From contig CAMAXE010000002.1 in NCBI GenBank assembly GCA_945862145.1, forward strand, positions 72,284 through 136,283: 64,000 bases of DNA. Direction: 5' to 3'. The position numbers and the translations under genes were made by a program. Below the pieces are notes generated by a model that was given only the letters and a program-made list of their open reading frames with translations, was not told the DNA's origin and did no database searches. Below, piece by piece: positions 38,377 through 48,458 of the stretch. This stretch comes from Klebsiella pneumoniae (lineage in GTDB: Bacteria > Pseudomonadota > Gammaproteobacteria > Pseudomonadales > UBA5518). The stretch's first letter is position 1; each line of letters opens with the position of its first letter.

Positions 38377-40470
38377 CTAGCTGCTTTCCGGGGCATCCTG
38401 ATCCTGTTGACGCTCGTCCTCGGCATAGAGTCGCGCCAGCACGTCCTGTGACCTGAATGGCTTGCGGGTTCCGCGCACCCGATACTCGTTTTCCTGCTGA
38501 CCCGAGATGATGCGTGCCTTCACGTTGTCGTTCCAGAGCGTGTCCATCAGGCGTTGCACGGTGCGTTGCGCCTCGGGGTCGTAGATGGGTGCGGTCACTT
38601 CCACGCGATGGTCGAGGTTGCGGGTCATCAGATCCGCGGAGGACATCAGGTAACGCGGCTCGCCGCCGTTGTGGAAGATGTAAATCCGGCTGTGTTCGAG
38701 GAAGCGGTCGACGATGCTGATCACCTCGATATTGGTGCTGAAGCCCTCGACGCCTGCGATCAGGGAGCACATGCCGCGCACGATGGCGCGGATCCTGACA
38801 CCGGCTTCGCTCGCTTCGTAGAGCCTGGCGATGATGTCATCGTCGACCAGGTTGTTGCATTTCAGGAAAATCTCGGCCGGGCGGCCAGCGCGCGCGTTCA
38901 CGATCTCGGTATGGATCAGCCGCAGGAAGAGCGAGCGGTTGTTTAATGGTGAGACGGCAAGGTGGCGGAACTTGTGGCGGCGGTAGGTGTGGTGGATGAA
39001 ATCGAACACGTTGGCCACGTCTTCGGCCACTTCCTGGTTGGCGCTGAAGAGGCTGATATCGGTGTAGATGCGCGCCGTCTTTTCGTTGAAGTTCCCGGTG
39101 CCGATATGCACGTAGCGGCGTATCGCAGAGCCCTCCTGCCGGCTCACCATGATCAGCTTGGAGTGCACCTTCAGCCCGGGTATTCCGAAGATCACCTTCA
39201 CGCCCGCTTCCGCGAGACGCTGCGCCCAACTGAGGTTTGCGGCCTCGTCGAAGCGCGCACGCAACTCGACGATGGCGGTGACTTCCTTGCCGTTGGCTGC
39301 CGCGCAGACCAGTGAGCGGCCGATGTGGGAGTTCTTGGCTACCCGGTAGAGCGTGATCGCGATGGCGCGCACGGCCGGGTCTATTGCCGCGGTGCTGATC
39401 ATCTGCTCGACGTAGCGGAAGGAGTGGTAGGGGTAGTTCAGCAGGATGTCGCGCTCGGCGATGGCATCGAGGATGTTTCCCCGCCGCTCGATGCGCCGCA
39501 CCGGAAGTTGTGCAAGCGGCCGGCTCTCGAGGGTTTTGGGCCCGAGGTTGGGGAAATCCATGAAGTCCTTGGAGTTGTGGTAGCGGGCCCCGGGCAGCAC
39601 ATTGTCGTAGCCCCCCAGCCGCAGCCGCCGCACCAGCGTGTCCAGCAGGTCCGCGGGCATGCGGCGGTCATAGACCAGCCGTACCGGGTCGCCCTGCTTA
39701 CGCTTTTTCAGGCTGTTGGAGACCGCGTCCACCACGCTCTGCGTGATGCCCTCGCCCATTTCCAGTTCCGCGTCTCGCGTCACTTTGATGGTGTAGGCCT
39801 CGGCGGTCTGGATATCGCAGGTGCCGCGGAAAACCGCCTGCAGGCAGGCGCGAATGATGTTGTCCAGCACCAGGACCACCTGTCGCTGGGGTTGGGATGC
39901 AGGGGAGGGAATGACGACGAAGCGCTCAAGGCGGTCCGTGGGGATGTTCACGATCGCGAAGCGCGTGTTGCCGCCGCGCAGTTGCAGCCGCACGGCGAGG
40001 TATATCCAGCCATCCTCGAGCTGCGGCGAGGCGGTGGTGTCCGAGATCATCAGCGGTGCCAGTTCAGGCAGCACGCGGCTGTAGAAGTAGCGCGTCACGA
40101 ACTCTCGCTGCTGGGGGTCCAACTGGCGCTCATCGACGAGGTAGATGTTGTTCTCGCGCAGTTCGGTTAGGCAGTTGCGGTAGACGGCGTCGAAGCGCGC
40201 CTGCAGGTCGCCGGAGGCATCGCGGATGTCGTCGAGGAGTTTTTCCCAGGACGCCTTCTCCCGGCCCTTGCTGAACACCGCAAGCCGTCGCACGTCGGCG
40301 TAGCGCACGCGGTAGAACTCGTCCAGGTTGTTCGAGAAGATCCCCATGAACCGGACCCGTTCGATCAGCGGCACCGAGGGATCCTCGGCCTCCTGCAGCA
40401 CACGGGCGTTGAACGACAGCCAGCTGAGCTCCTTGGCGAAGATCGGCAGTGGCTTGCGGCGCGAGGGCAT
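38377..40470 (-). CDS. ppk: Polyphosphate kinase 1
   Basis: 697 aa. ELSWLSFNARVLQEAEDPSVPLIERVRFMGIFSNNLDEFYRVR and the two PLD-like HxK regions (..VHSKLIMV.., ..LEHSRIYIF..). Confidence 0.96.
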   Translation of the reverse strand: MPSRRKPLPIFAKELSWLSFNARVLQEAEDPSVPLIERVRFMGIFSNNLDEFYRVRYADVRRLAVFSKGREKASWEKLLDDIRDASGDLQARFDAVYRNCLTELRENNIYLVDERQLDPQQREFVTRYFYSRVLPELAPLMISDTTASPQLEDGWIYLAVRLQLRGGNTRFAIVNIPTDRLERFVVIPSPASQPQRQVVLVLDNIIRACLQAVFRGTCDIQTAEAYTIKVTRDAELEMGEGITQSVVDAVSNSLKKRKQGDPVRLVYDRRMPADLLDTLVRRLRLGGYDNVLPGARYHNSKDFMDFPNLGPKTLESRPLAQLPVRRIERRGNILDAIAERDILLNYPYHSFRYVEQMISTAAIDPAVRAIAITLYRVAKNSHIGRSLVCAAANGKEVTAIVELRARFDEAANLSWAQRLAEAGVKVIFGIPGLKVHSKLIMVSRQEGSAIRRYVHIGTGNFNEKTARIYTDISLFSANQEVAEDVANVFDFIHHTYRRHKFRHLAVSPLNNRSLFLRLIHTEIVNARAGRPAEIFLKCNNLVDDDIIARLYEASEAGVRIRAIVRGMCSLIAGVEGFSTNIEVISIVDRFLEHSRIYIFHNGGEPRYLMSSADLMTRNLDHRVEVTAPIYDPEAQRTVQRLMDTLWNDNVKARIISGQQENEYRVRGTRKPFRSQDVLARLYAEDERQQDQDAPESS

Positions 40471-40592
40471 CGGCTACTCCGTATGATCCGTGTGTCATTG
40501 AAAACGGGAGTCCAGCGATTACACTCTGCCGCCTGCGGATGAACCCGGCCTGCGTGCGCAACGGGGCTCGTCAGGCAAGTATGACTTCCGAT

Positions 40593-40610
40593 CTGACAGT
40601 GTAATGACAG
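40593..40610 (-). promoter_or_regulatory. Pho box (PhoB-binding site) upstream of ppk
   Basis: The minus strand reads CTGTCAT-TACA-CTGTCAG against the consensus CTGTCAT-AWAW-CTGTCAY. A CATACT -10-like hexamer follows 9 nt downstream. The site is 123-140 nt upstream of the ppk ATG and about 35 nt upstream of the divergent ppx ATG. Confidence 0.5.
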
Positions 40611-40644
40611 CGCCGACACCCCGGGCAAGGTAAATCCCCCACAG

Positions 40645-42138
40645 ATGACCGAGGAAAACCGTTCCGTCTGCGCCGTGCTCGACCTCGGGTCCAACAGTTT
40701 CCACTTGCTGGTGGGACGGCTGGACCAGGGGCGGCTGGTCACGGTCGACCGCCGCAAGGACACCGTGCGCCTCGCCCAGGGCCTGCAGCACGATGGCCTG
40801 TTGGCCGAGGACGTGATGACCCGCGCCCTCGAGAGCCTGGGCGTCTTTGCCCAGCAGGTGCGTAACGTCCCGCGCCAGAACCTCCGCGTGGTCGGCACCA
40901 ACACGCTGCGAGCAGCACGCAACGCCAAGGACTTCCTCGAGCGCGCCGAACACGTGATCGGCGTCCCGATCGACGTCATTTCGGGTCAGGAAGAGGGCCG
41001 TCTGATCTTCCTCGGGGTGGTGAAGGGCCACGCTGGCACGAGTGTCCGTCGCCTGGTGATCGATATCGGTGGTGGTTCGACGGAATTCATCGTCGGCAAG
41101 CGCTCGGCCAAGCGGATAGAAAGCTTGTTCATCGGCTGCGTGTCGATGAGCGAGCGTTTTTTCCCGGATCGCCGCGTGACCGAGGAGCGCTACGAGCGTG
41201 CCCTCACCTTGGCGCGGGCCGAAATCCAGCATCTGGCCGAGGGCTTCGGTGCCGGCCGCTGGGACGAGGCGGTGGGCAGTTCCGGCACCGTGCGTTACGT
41301 CGCGGCAGCCATCGAAACCCTCATGCCCGGCGATCACCTGATCACGCTCGAAGGCATCCAGCGGCTGGTGCGTCACATGATCGGTGGACGTAAGGTCGAG
41401 GCGCTCGCCGACGTGGGCCTGAGCGGTGATCGGCAGCCGGTGTTCCCGGGTGGCCTTGCCATCCTCCACGCGGCCTTCCTGGAGCTCGGCATCCCGCAGC
41501 TGCATGTCTCGGATTACGCGCTGAAAGAAGGTGTCCTCTATGAGCTGGCCGATCAGGGCCAATACGAGGACACCCGTCGCAAGACTATCGATTATCTCTG
41601 CAAGCAGTTCCAGATCGATCGCCAGCAGTCGACGCGGGTGGAGCGGCTTGCTCGACAGTTGTTGCCACAGCTGCGGGATCAACTCGTGGTGGAGCCGGAG
41701 TTCGCCGAACAGGCGCTGCGCGCGGCAGCCGAGCTCCACGAGCTCGGACTCACCATATCCCATAGCGGATACCACAAACACGGCGCCTACATCCTCGAGA
41801 ACGCCGATATGCCGGGGTTCTCGCGGCGCGAGCAGACGATGCTGAGCTTCCTGGTCCTGAACCACCGGCGCAAGCTGCGGATCCCGGAGGCAACCAGCTA
41901 CCGTTTCCGGTCCGACTGGGCGCTGGTGCTGGTGCTGCGCCTTGCCTGCCTGTTCAACCGCATCCGTGTTGATCAGCGTCTGCCGGCCATCCGCATCCTG
42001 CCGGCACGCAAGGGCTGGACTCTGGAGGTGGCCGCAGACTGGCTCGCTCAGCATCCACTGGTCGAGGAGGACCTGCGCGCCGAAAACGAGTTTCTGGCTG
42101 CCGCAGGACATGCGTTGGCGCTAAAGCGAGTTCCCTGA
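40645..42138 (+). CDS. ppx: Exopolyphosphatase (Ppx/GppA family)
   Basis: 497 aa. AVLDLGSNSFHLLV, IDIGGGSTEF and the C-terminal HD-like region. It is divergent from ppk. Confidence 0.92.
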   Translation: MTEENRSVCAVLDLGSNSFHLLVGRLDQGRLVTVDRRKDTVRLAQGLQHDGLLAEDVMTRALESLGVFAQQVRNVPRQNLRVVGTNTLRAARNAKDFLERAEHVIGVPIDVISGQEEGRLIFLGVVKGHAGTSVRRLVIDIGGGSTEFIVGKRSAKRIESLFIGCVSMSERFFPDRRVTEERYERALTLARAEIQHLAEGFGAGRWDEAVGSSGTVRYVAAAIETLMPGDHLITLEGIQRLVRHMIGGRKVEALADVGLSGDRQPVFPGGLAILHAAFLELGIPQLHVSDYALKEGVLYELADQGQYEDTRRKTIDYLCKQFQIDRQQSTRVERLARQLLPQLRDQLVVEPEFAEQALRAAAELHELGLTISHSGYHKHGAYILENADMPGFSRREQTMLSFLVLNHRRKLRIPEATSYRFRSDWALVLVLRLACLFNRIRVDQRLPAIRILPARKGWTLEVAADWLAQHPLVEEDLRAENEFLAAAGHALALKRVP

Positions 42139-42150
42139 GGAGACGCCCTG

Positions 42151-43125
42151 ATGCCCGATGCGCGCCTGCTGCCCGATTTCGCCGCTGTGCGCGCGGCGGC
42201 TGCTCGGATTGCACCCGTGCTCACGCCCACGCCGGTGATGCGCAGCCACACACTCGACGCGCTCTCCGGCGCGCGGTTATTTTTCAAGTGCGATCACCTG
42301 CAGAAGACCGGGGCTTTCAAGGCCCGTGGTGCCGTCAATGCCGTATTGGGGCTGAGCGATGCGCAGGCCGCGCGTGGCGTGGCCACGCATTCCTCGGGCA
42401 ACCACGGCGCGGCGCTCGCCTGGGCCGCGCGTCTGCGTGGCATTGCGGCCCACGTCGTGGTGCCGGCCAATGCCAACCGCGCCAAGCGCGCGAACATCGC
42501 CCGTTACGGCGCGCGGATCATCGATTGCGAACCCACGCTCGTCGCCCGCGAGGCCGCTCTTGCGGCAGTACTCGCGGCGACCGGCGCCAACGCAGTGCCG
42601 CCCTACGATGATGCCCGCGTCATTGCCGGGCAGGGCACCGCGGCACTCGAGCTGATCGAGCAGGTCGGTGGCCTCGATGATCTGGTGGTGCCGGTGGGTG
42701 GCGGAGGGCTCCTCGCAGGCAGTGCGCTTGCTGCGCGCGGGCTAGACGCCGCCATCCGTGTCTATGGGGCCGAACCCACCGGCGCCGATGACGCAGCCCG
42801 TTCGTTCGTGGCCGGCGAGCGCCTCCTTCAGACCGATCCGCGCACCATCGCCGACGGCTTGCGCACCTCGCTCGGTGAGCTGAATTTCGTCATCATCCGG
42901 CGCGATGTGCAGGACATCATCACCGTCACCGAGGCTGATATTGTCGCGGCCATGCGGCTCTTCTGGGAAGTTTGCAAGCAGCTGATCGAGCCTTCCTCGG
43001 CTACCGTGCTGGCGGCGGTGCTTGCCCGCCCCGGCTACTTCGCGGGCCGGCGTACGGGGCTGATCCTGAGCGGCGGCAACGTTGATCTCGAAGCACCACT
43101 GCCCTGGCTGGATGCGCCCCCGTGA
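42151..43125 (+). CDS. PLP-dependent serine/threonine dehydratase-family enzyme (serine racemase/threo-3-hydroxyaspartate ammonia-lyase-like)
   Basis: 324 aa. [18 protein letters not shown] (PLP lysine), [14 protein letters not shown] and [11 protein letters not shown]. Confidence 0.85.
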   Translation: MPDARLLPDFAAVRAAAARIAPVLTPTPVMRSHTLDALSGARLFFKCDHLQKTGAFKARGAVNAVLGLSDAQAARGVATHSSGNHGAALAWAARLRGIAAHVVVPANANRAKRANIARYGARIIDCEPTLVAREAALAAVLAATGANAVPPYDDARVIAGQGTAALELIEQVGGLDDLVVPVGGGGLLAGSALAARGLDAAIRVYGAEPTGADDAARSFVAGERLLQTDPRTIADGLRTSLGELNFVIIRRDVQDIITVTEADIVAAMRLFWEVCKQLIEPSSATVLAAVLARPGYFAGRRTGLILSGGNVDLEAPLPWLDAPP

Positions 43126-43562
43126 GCTTCGTGCCGTTTCACCTCGCGTTGCCCGTCACGGATCTCGAGGCCTCGCGCGATTTCTATGCCGGCGTGCTCG
43201 GTTGCCCAACGGGCCGGGAGTCGGCACGCTGGATCGATTTTGATTTCTGGGGTCACCAGCTGGTCGCGCAGCTTGTCGACCCGGCCGACCACCCCGCCTG
43301 TGCACGCAATGCCGTCGACGGTGACTACGTGCCGGCCTTGCATTTCGGCCCGGTGCTTGCGTGGTGCGATTTCGAGGCGCTGGCCGCGCGCCTGCGCGAG
43401 GCGGGCGTGGCCTTCGTGATCGAACCGCGGGTGCGCTTCGAGGGCACGGTGGGTGAGCAGGCGACCATGTTTCTGCGCGACCCGAGCGGCAATCATCTGG
43501 AGTTCAAGAGCTTCCGCGATCCGGCCATGCTGTTTGCGCCCGGCGAGCCCGGACAATTCTGA
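43122..43562 (+). CDS. VOC (glyoxalase/bleomycin-resistance/dioxygenase) family protein
   Basis: 146 aa from a GTG start, with a 4-nt overlap with the upstream gene. [23 protein letters not shown]...HFG... and [13 protein letters not shown] are VOC-fold hallmarks. Confidence 0.75.
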   Translation: MSFVPFHLALPVTDLEASRDFYAGVLGCPTGRESARWIDFDFWGHQLVAQLVDPADHPACARNAVDGDYVPALHFGPVLAWCDFEALAARLREAGVAFVIEPRVRFEGTVGEQATMFLRDPSGNHLEFKSFRDPAMLFAPGEPGQF

Positions 43563-43665
43563 GCCGCGCTTGCCAGGCGCCGGCGCGATCGGTGAGCATC
43601 CGCCCCGTTTCGAGACATCTCCGGGTAGCGCACTGTCGTGGCCGTGGAGCATTGAGGCTGTATCC

Positions 43666-44709
43666 ATGAGCATCGCACCCCGCACCCCGCGCGCGGGCCT
43701 TATGGCGGGGAGCGCACTGATCCGCTCGGAACCCGCCGACTTCCGCGTGGACGAGCGCATCGAGATGGCCCCCGAGCCAGCCGGCGAGCACCTGTGGCTG
43801 CGCGTGCGCAAGACCGGCGAGAACTCCGACTACGTGGCGCGACTGCTGGCACGCACGGCGGGCGTGGAGTCCCGCGCGGTGGGCTATGCGGGGCGCAAGG
43901 ACCGTCATGCTGTGACCACCCAGTGGTTCAGCATCCAGTTGCCGGGCAAGCCCGATCCGGATTTTTCCGCACTGCCGCCCTCGGTGGAAGTGCTCGAGTC
44001 CCTGCGCCGCCAGCGCAAACTCCAGACCGGCGGCCTGCGTGGCAATGATTTCGTGCTGCGCCTGCGCGAGTTTGCGGGCGATTCCGCCCTGCTCGAGCAG
44101 CGTCTCGTCGATCTGCGAGCGCATGGAGCGCCGAACTATTTCGGGGTGCAACGATTCGGTCGCGAGGCGGGCAATATCGAGCGGGCGCTGGCGTGGTTCA
44201 GTGGGGCGCTGCGCGTGTGTGATCGGGCCGAGCGCGGGATCCTGCTCTCCTCGGCGCGTTCGGCGATTTTCAACGCTGTGCTGGCGCGGCGCACCGCCGA
44301 AGGAAATTGGGCCGAGCTGCTGCCCGGCGAGGCCGTGCTTCTGGACGGCAGTGGTTCGTGGTTCAGCGACGACGGCAGTGATGCCACCTTGCAACAACGC
44401 CTCGCGAGCGGCGACATCCACCCCAGTGGACCGCTCTGGGGCAGCGGCGAGTCGCCGGTCTCAGGTGTTGCCGGCGAACTCGAGCGTGATGTTGTCTCCG
44501 GGTACCGTGAGCTCGCGCTCGGGCTGGAGGAGAACGGCCTGCGGCAAGAGCGGCGCGCGCTCAGGTTGTTGCCGAGCGGGCTCGAGTGGGCGTGGATCGA
44601 CGCCACCACCCTCGAACTCCGCTTCGGCCTGCCGAGCGGTTGCTACGCGACCACGCTGCTCGAGGAAATCCTGGAGACCCGCGAGCCGGGTACTGCGCCA
44701 GCGGCGTAA
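43666..44709 (+). CDS. truD: tRNA pseudouridine(13) synthase TruD
   Basis: Re-called to the ATG at 43666. IRSEPADFRVDE..GEHLWLRVRKTGENSDYVARLLA...VGYAGRKDRHAVTTQWFS contains the catalytic GxKD motif. NYFGVQRFG is also present. Confidence 0.9.
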   Translation: MSIAPRTPRAGLMAGSALIRSEPADFRVDERIEMAPEPAGEHLWLRVRKTGENSDYVARLLARTAGVESRAVGYAGRKDRHAVTTQWFSIQLPGKPDPDFSALPPSVEVLESLRRQRKLQTGGLRGNDFVLRLREFAGDSALLEQRLVDLRAHGAPNYFGVQRFGREAGNIERALAWFSGALRVCDRAERGILLSSARSAIFNAVLARRTAEGNWAELLPGEAVLLDGSGSWFSDDGSDATLQQRLASGDIHPSGPLWGSGESPVSGVAGELERDVVSGYRELALGLEENGLRQERRALRLLPSGLEWAWIDATTLELRFGLPSGCYATTLLEEILETREPGTAPAA

Positions 44710-44710
44710 T

Positions 44711-45103
44711 TCAGCCCATCGCGATCATGCGATGCTGCAGTCGCCAGCCGAGCGCGGTGCGCACCAGGGTGTCCTGGTACCTGCCGAAGGAGACGATCTG
44801 CTTGGGGTCCTCAACGACCTTGATCACTTGCAGATAGCACGCGGCCGTCGCCTGGTCGCCGTCTCCTTCGACCACGAGGTTGCTGATAACATGCCGGAAG
44901 CTGTCGACGCCGGCGCGGCTCTGCGTGAAGAACGCCACGATGGCATCGATACCCTCGCAGCGAAGATCCATCGCAGGCACCTCCCAGATCGCCTCGGGCA
45001 CGAACAGGTCGCGCATGCTCTCGGGCGGGTTGTAGTCGGCGTTGTGGCAGTAGCGATTGACCAGGTCTTCGATCGCAAGCCGGTCGTTGATGTCCAGCGC
45101 CAT
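44711..45103 (-). CDS. SnoaL-like/NTF2-fold protein
   Basis: 130 aa. DRLAIEDLVNRYCHNADYN..E.....F.PEAIWE and ..FGRYQDTLVRTALGWRLQHR are typical of the SnoaL_4 family. Confidence 0.7.
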   Translation of the reverse strand: MALDINDRLAIEDLVNRYCHNADYNPPESMRDLFVPEAIWEVPAMDLRCEGIDAIVAFFTQSRAGVDSFRHVISNLVVEGDGDQATAACYLQVIKVVEDPKQIVSFGRYQDTLVRTALGWRLQHRMIAMG

Positions 45104-45158
45104 GGCATTGTCTCCGCAGTGGTTTCAGTTAAACGTGCCCGATTCTAAGGGATACACC

Positions 45159-45659
45159 ATGACCGTGCTCTCCTTCATCCGGATGATCCCCGTGCTCGCT
45201 CTGCTGCTCGCTCTCCCGGCGGCTGCGGCAACCCGCTTCGAGCCGCCGGTTCCGGATCTGCCCGTCTACGCCTTCCGCTACGACGAGGCGCGCGATCCCG
45301 CGGCGGATCTGCTGCTTGCCCGCGCCGCCGCGCTGCAAAAGCACCGGCGCGTGCTGGTGATGGTCGGTGGCGACTGGTGCGTCTGGTGCTTCCTGCTCGA
45401 TCGCCAGCTTGATCTCGACCGCGCATCCGCGGCTGTTTTTTACAGCGGTTTCGAGGTGCTGCGCGTGTATTACAACGACGACAACAAGAATCGTGCATTC
45501 CTCGCGCAGTTTCCCGACTTCACGATGTTTCCGCACTTTTTCGTGGTCGACCCGGATGGCCGCGTGGCGGGCTCGGTCGTGGCCGATGCGCTTATCCGTG
45601 ACGCCAAGTACGACGCCGAACTGATCCGCCGCTTTGCCGAGCAGTGGCGCCTGCCGTAG
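45159..45659 (+). CDS. Secreted thioredoxin-fold protein (CxxC)
   Basis: Re-called to the ATG at 45159 (MTVLSFIRMIPVLALLLALPAAAA signal peptide). VLVMVGGDWCVWCFLLD carries a CVWC redox motif. FPHFFVVDPDGRV is the thioredoxin-like beta strand. Confidence 0.7.
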   Translation: MTVLSFIRMIPVLALLLALPAAAATRFEPPVPDLPVYAFRYDEARDPAADLLLARAAALQKHRRVLVMVGGDWCVWCFLLDRQLDLDRASAAVFYSGFEVLRVYYNDDNKNRAFLAQFPDFTMFPHFFVVDPDGRVAGSVVADALIRDAKYDAELIRRFAEQWRLP

Positions 45660-45836
45660 GTCCCCGGCCGCGCTCTGCGCAGTCACAGTGACAGGCGGGC
45701 GTGCCGCAGCGCGGCATCGCGTGGCGTCTTCCCCGAGCAGCTCGAGCACCACGCCGCGGGGCCGCATAGTCCGTACAGTCTACTGACCAGCCCGCCGGAA
45801 TGAGTACACTTCGCCGATCAGATTCAGGGGGTTCTC

Positions 45837-46703
45837 ATGAGCCAACGCAAGCCGGTAGCGGTAGTCACAGGTGCGAGCCGCGGAGCAGGGCGCGGCATCG
45901 CCGTTGCGCTCGGCAGTTGTGGCTACACCGTGTATGTGAGCGGGCGCAGCCAGAACCCCGGTGACGCGGATCTCCCTGGCACCATCCACGCCACCGCGCG
46001 CGAGGTGGATGCGGCGGGCGGCACGGGTGTCGCCGTGGCTTGCGACCACGCTGACGATGCGCAGGTAGAGGCTCTCTTCGCCCGGGTGCAGGCCGAGCAG
46101 GGCCGTCTCGACGTGCTGGTGAACAACGCCTGCGCCATCCCTGACGAGCTCGTGCAGCCCGGAGGCTTCTGGGAAAAACCCCTGTCCATGCTCCGGATCC
46201 TCGACGTGGGCATGCGCTCGCACTACGTGGCGAGCTGGCATGCGGTACCGTTGATGCTGCCACAGCAGAGCGGGCTTATCGTGAACACCTCGTCCTTCGG
46301 CGGGCACTGCTACATGCACGGCCCGGCCTACGGGGCAGGCAAGGCGGCGGTCGACAAGATGGCCCATGACATGGCGGTCGAGTTGCGTCCGCATGGCATT
46401 GCGGCGGTCTCGATCTGGATGGGCTTGCTGCGCACCGAGCGTACCGAGCGTGCCCTCGCGGATCCCGAACTCGCGCGTCACTATGCGCACCTGCTCGAGG
46501 CCATGGAGAGCCCCGGATTTACCGGCCGGGTGATCGAGGCGCTGGCCCGCGATCCCCGGCGCATGGAGCGCTCCGGGCGCATCCTGATCGGCGCCGAACT
46601 TGCCGCGGAGTACGGGATCCATGACGAGAGCGGCCGTCAGCCGCCCTCGCACCGGCCGATGCTGGGAGATCCGACGGAGTTTGGTTCGGCGGTCATCCAG
46701 TGA
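45837..46703 (+). CDS. SDR-family oxidoreductase
   Basis: 288 aa. VAVVTGASRGAGRGIA (TGxxxGxG), VLVNNA and the YGAGKAAV catalytic YxxxK. Confidence 0.85.
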   Translation: MSQRKPVAVVTGASRGAGRGIAVALGSCGYTVYVSGRSQNPGDADLPGTIHATAREVDAAGGTGVAVACDHADDAQVEALFARVQAEQGRLDVLVNNACAIPDELVQPGGFWEKPLSMLRILDVGMRSHYVASWHAVPLMLPQQSGLIVNTSSFGGHCYMHGPAYGAGKAAVDKMAHDMAVELRPHGIAAVSIWMGLLRTERTERALADPELARHYAHLLEAMESPGFTGRVIEALARDPRRMERSGRILIGAELAAEYGIHDESGRQPPSHRPMLGDPTEFGSAVIQ

Positions 46704-46851
46704 GCGCATCAGGCTGAGCGGGCGCACCACAGCACCTGCGCGCTCGCCCGAGCTTTGCGCGACAAGCTATTGATTTATATTTGATGTTTTGTTTTCACTG
46801 GAAGGCGACCCGACTCCCGCGTCGCGCCATGAACGTTCCGGAGAGCCACGT

Positions 46852-47676
46852 ATGTCAGTCCTGCCCACGGGTAAATTCGCCGATTGTCCGAACGGTTACC
46901 GGATGCACTACCTCGATGTCGGGCAGGGCCCGGTCGTGGCTTTCCTGCATGGCAGTGGTCCTGGCGCCAGCGCCTACAGCAACTTCAAGAGCAACTATCC
47001 CTACCTGGTCGAGCGCGGCTACCGGTGTCTGGTGATCGATCACATCGGTTACGGCTTCTCCGACAAGCCCGACGATGTCGACTACACCCTCGAGTTCTTC
47101 TCGCAGTGCATCCGCCAAACCCTTGATCACGCGGGCGTCAGCCGCTGTGCGCTGGTGGGAAATTCACTCGGGGGTGCGGTGGCGCTGCAGTTCGCGCTTG
47201 AGAACCCCGCGATGACGGAGAAGCTGATCCTGATGGCCCCGGGTGGGCTGAACGCCAAGGAAGAGTATTTCCAGATGCCCGGCATGGCGAAGCTCGCGCA
47301 GGTGTTCTCGTCGGGACAGGCCGTGACCCCGGCCGTCATGAAAGACCTTTTCGCTACCTGCCTGATGCATGACTCGCAGTACGCCACCGATGGCCTGGTC
47401 GCCGAGCGCATGGAGGTGATGAAGCTGATGAACGCGCGTGTGATGGCCACCATGCGGGTGCCTGAACTCACCGCGCGCCTGCACGAACTGGCGATGCCGG
47501 TGCTGGGCTTCTGGGGCATGAACGAACGCATGATGCCCGAGTCGGGCATTTTGAAGCTCGCCAAGAACACTCCCGACATCCGGCTGGTGCTGGTTTCCAA
47601 CTGCGGCCACTGGGTCATGGTGGAGCACGAGGCGATGTTCAACCGCACGACCCACGACTTCCTGGTGAACACATGA
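46852..47676 (+). CDS. Meta-cleavage product (C-C bond) hydrolase, alpha/beta fold (MhpC/BphD/TesD/HsaD type)
   Basis: Re-called to the ATG at 46852. YLDVGQGPVVAFLHGSGPGASAYSNFKSN, the nucleophile elbow GNSLGG and the C-terminal CGHWVMVEH. It is followed by hydratase, ADH and aldolase genes. Confidence 0.85.
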   Translation: MSVLPTGKFADCPNGYRMHYLDVGQGPVVAFLHGSGPGASAYSNFKSNYPYLVERGYRCLVIDHIGYGFSDKPDDVDYTLEFFSQCIRQTLDHAGVSRCALVGNSLGGAVALQFALENPAMTEKLILMAPGGLNAKEEYFQMPGMAKLAQVFSSGQAVTPAVMKDLFATCLMHDSQYATDGLVAERMEVMKLMNARVMATMRVPELTARLHELAMPVLGFWGMNERMMPESGILKLAKNTPDIRLVLVSNCGHWVMVEHEAMFNRTTHDFLVNT

Positions 47677-48458
47677 ACGCAGCAGATTTTTCACGCCTTG
47701 GTGATGAGCTCTACGCGGCGCTTCGCGCCGGGACCGTGCTGGCCCCGCTGACCGAGCGCGAGCCCGGCATCACCATCGACGACGCCTACCACATCTCGCT
47801 CCGCTTCCTCGAGCGGCGCCTTGCCGACGGCGAGCGCCTGATCGGCAAAAAGATCGGCGTCACCTCCAAGCCCGTGCAGGACATGCTGGGCGTGCATCAG
47901 CCCGACTTCGGCTTCCTCACCGACCGCATGCACTACCCCAATGGCGCGGTAATCACGGTGGCGGGCAACCTTATCGCCCCGCGAGCCGAGGCCGAGATCG
48001 CCTTCCGCCTCAAGTTCGATCTGGTCGGCCCGAACATCACCGAGGCCGACGTGCTCGCCGCCACTGAATGCATCATGCCGTGCTTCGAGATCGTGGATTC
48101 GCGCATCCGCGACTGGAAAATACGAATCCAGGACACGGTGGCCGACAACGCCTCCTGTGGCGTGTTCGTGCTGGGTGATGCCGAGCGTGATCCGCACGAT
48201 TTTGATTTGCCGGCGCTGCACGTGCGGGTATTCAAGAACGGCCAGCCCCTGAGCGAGGGCCGCGGTGCGGCCGTGCAGGGTAACCCGCTCACCGCCGTGG
48301 CCTGGCTGGCCAACACGCTTGGCCGCTACGACATCCCCTTCAAGGCCGGAGACATCATTCTCTCGGGCTCGGTGGTTCCCTTGGAGCCGGTGAAGGCGGG
48401 TGATGTGATGCGCTGCGTGGTCGAGGGTTTCGGCGAGGCGAGCTGCTCCTTCGTCTGA
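47673..48458 (+). CDS. 2-keto-4-pentenoate (2-hydroxypenta-2,4-dienoate) hydratase
   Basis: 261 aa with a 4-nt overlap with the hydrolase gene. ITIDDAYHISLRFLERRLADGERLIGKKIGVTSKPVQDMLGV.QPDFGFL and ..IEIVDSRI.DWKI. are MhpD/XylJ/TesE-like. Confidence 0.88.
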   Translation: MNAADFSRLGDELYAALRAGTVLAPLTEREPGITIDDAYHISLRFLERRLADGERLIGKKIGVTSKPVQDMLGVHQPDFGFLTDRMHYPNGAVITVAGNLIAPRAEAEIAFRLKFDLVGPNITEADVLAATECIMPCFEIVDSRIRDWKIRIQDTVADNASCGVFVLGDAERDPHDFDLPALHVRVFKNGQPLSEGRGAAVQGNPLTAVAWLANTLGRYDIPFKAGDIILSGSVVPLEPVKAGDVMRCVVEGFGEASCSFV

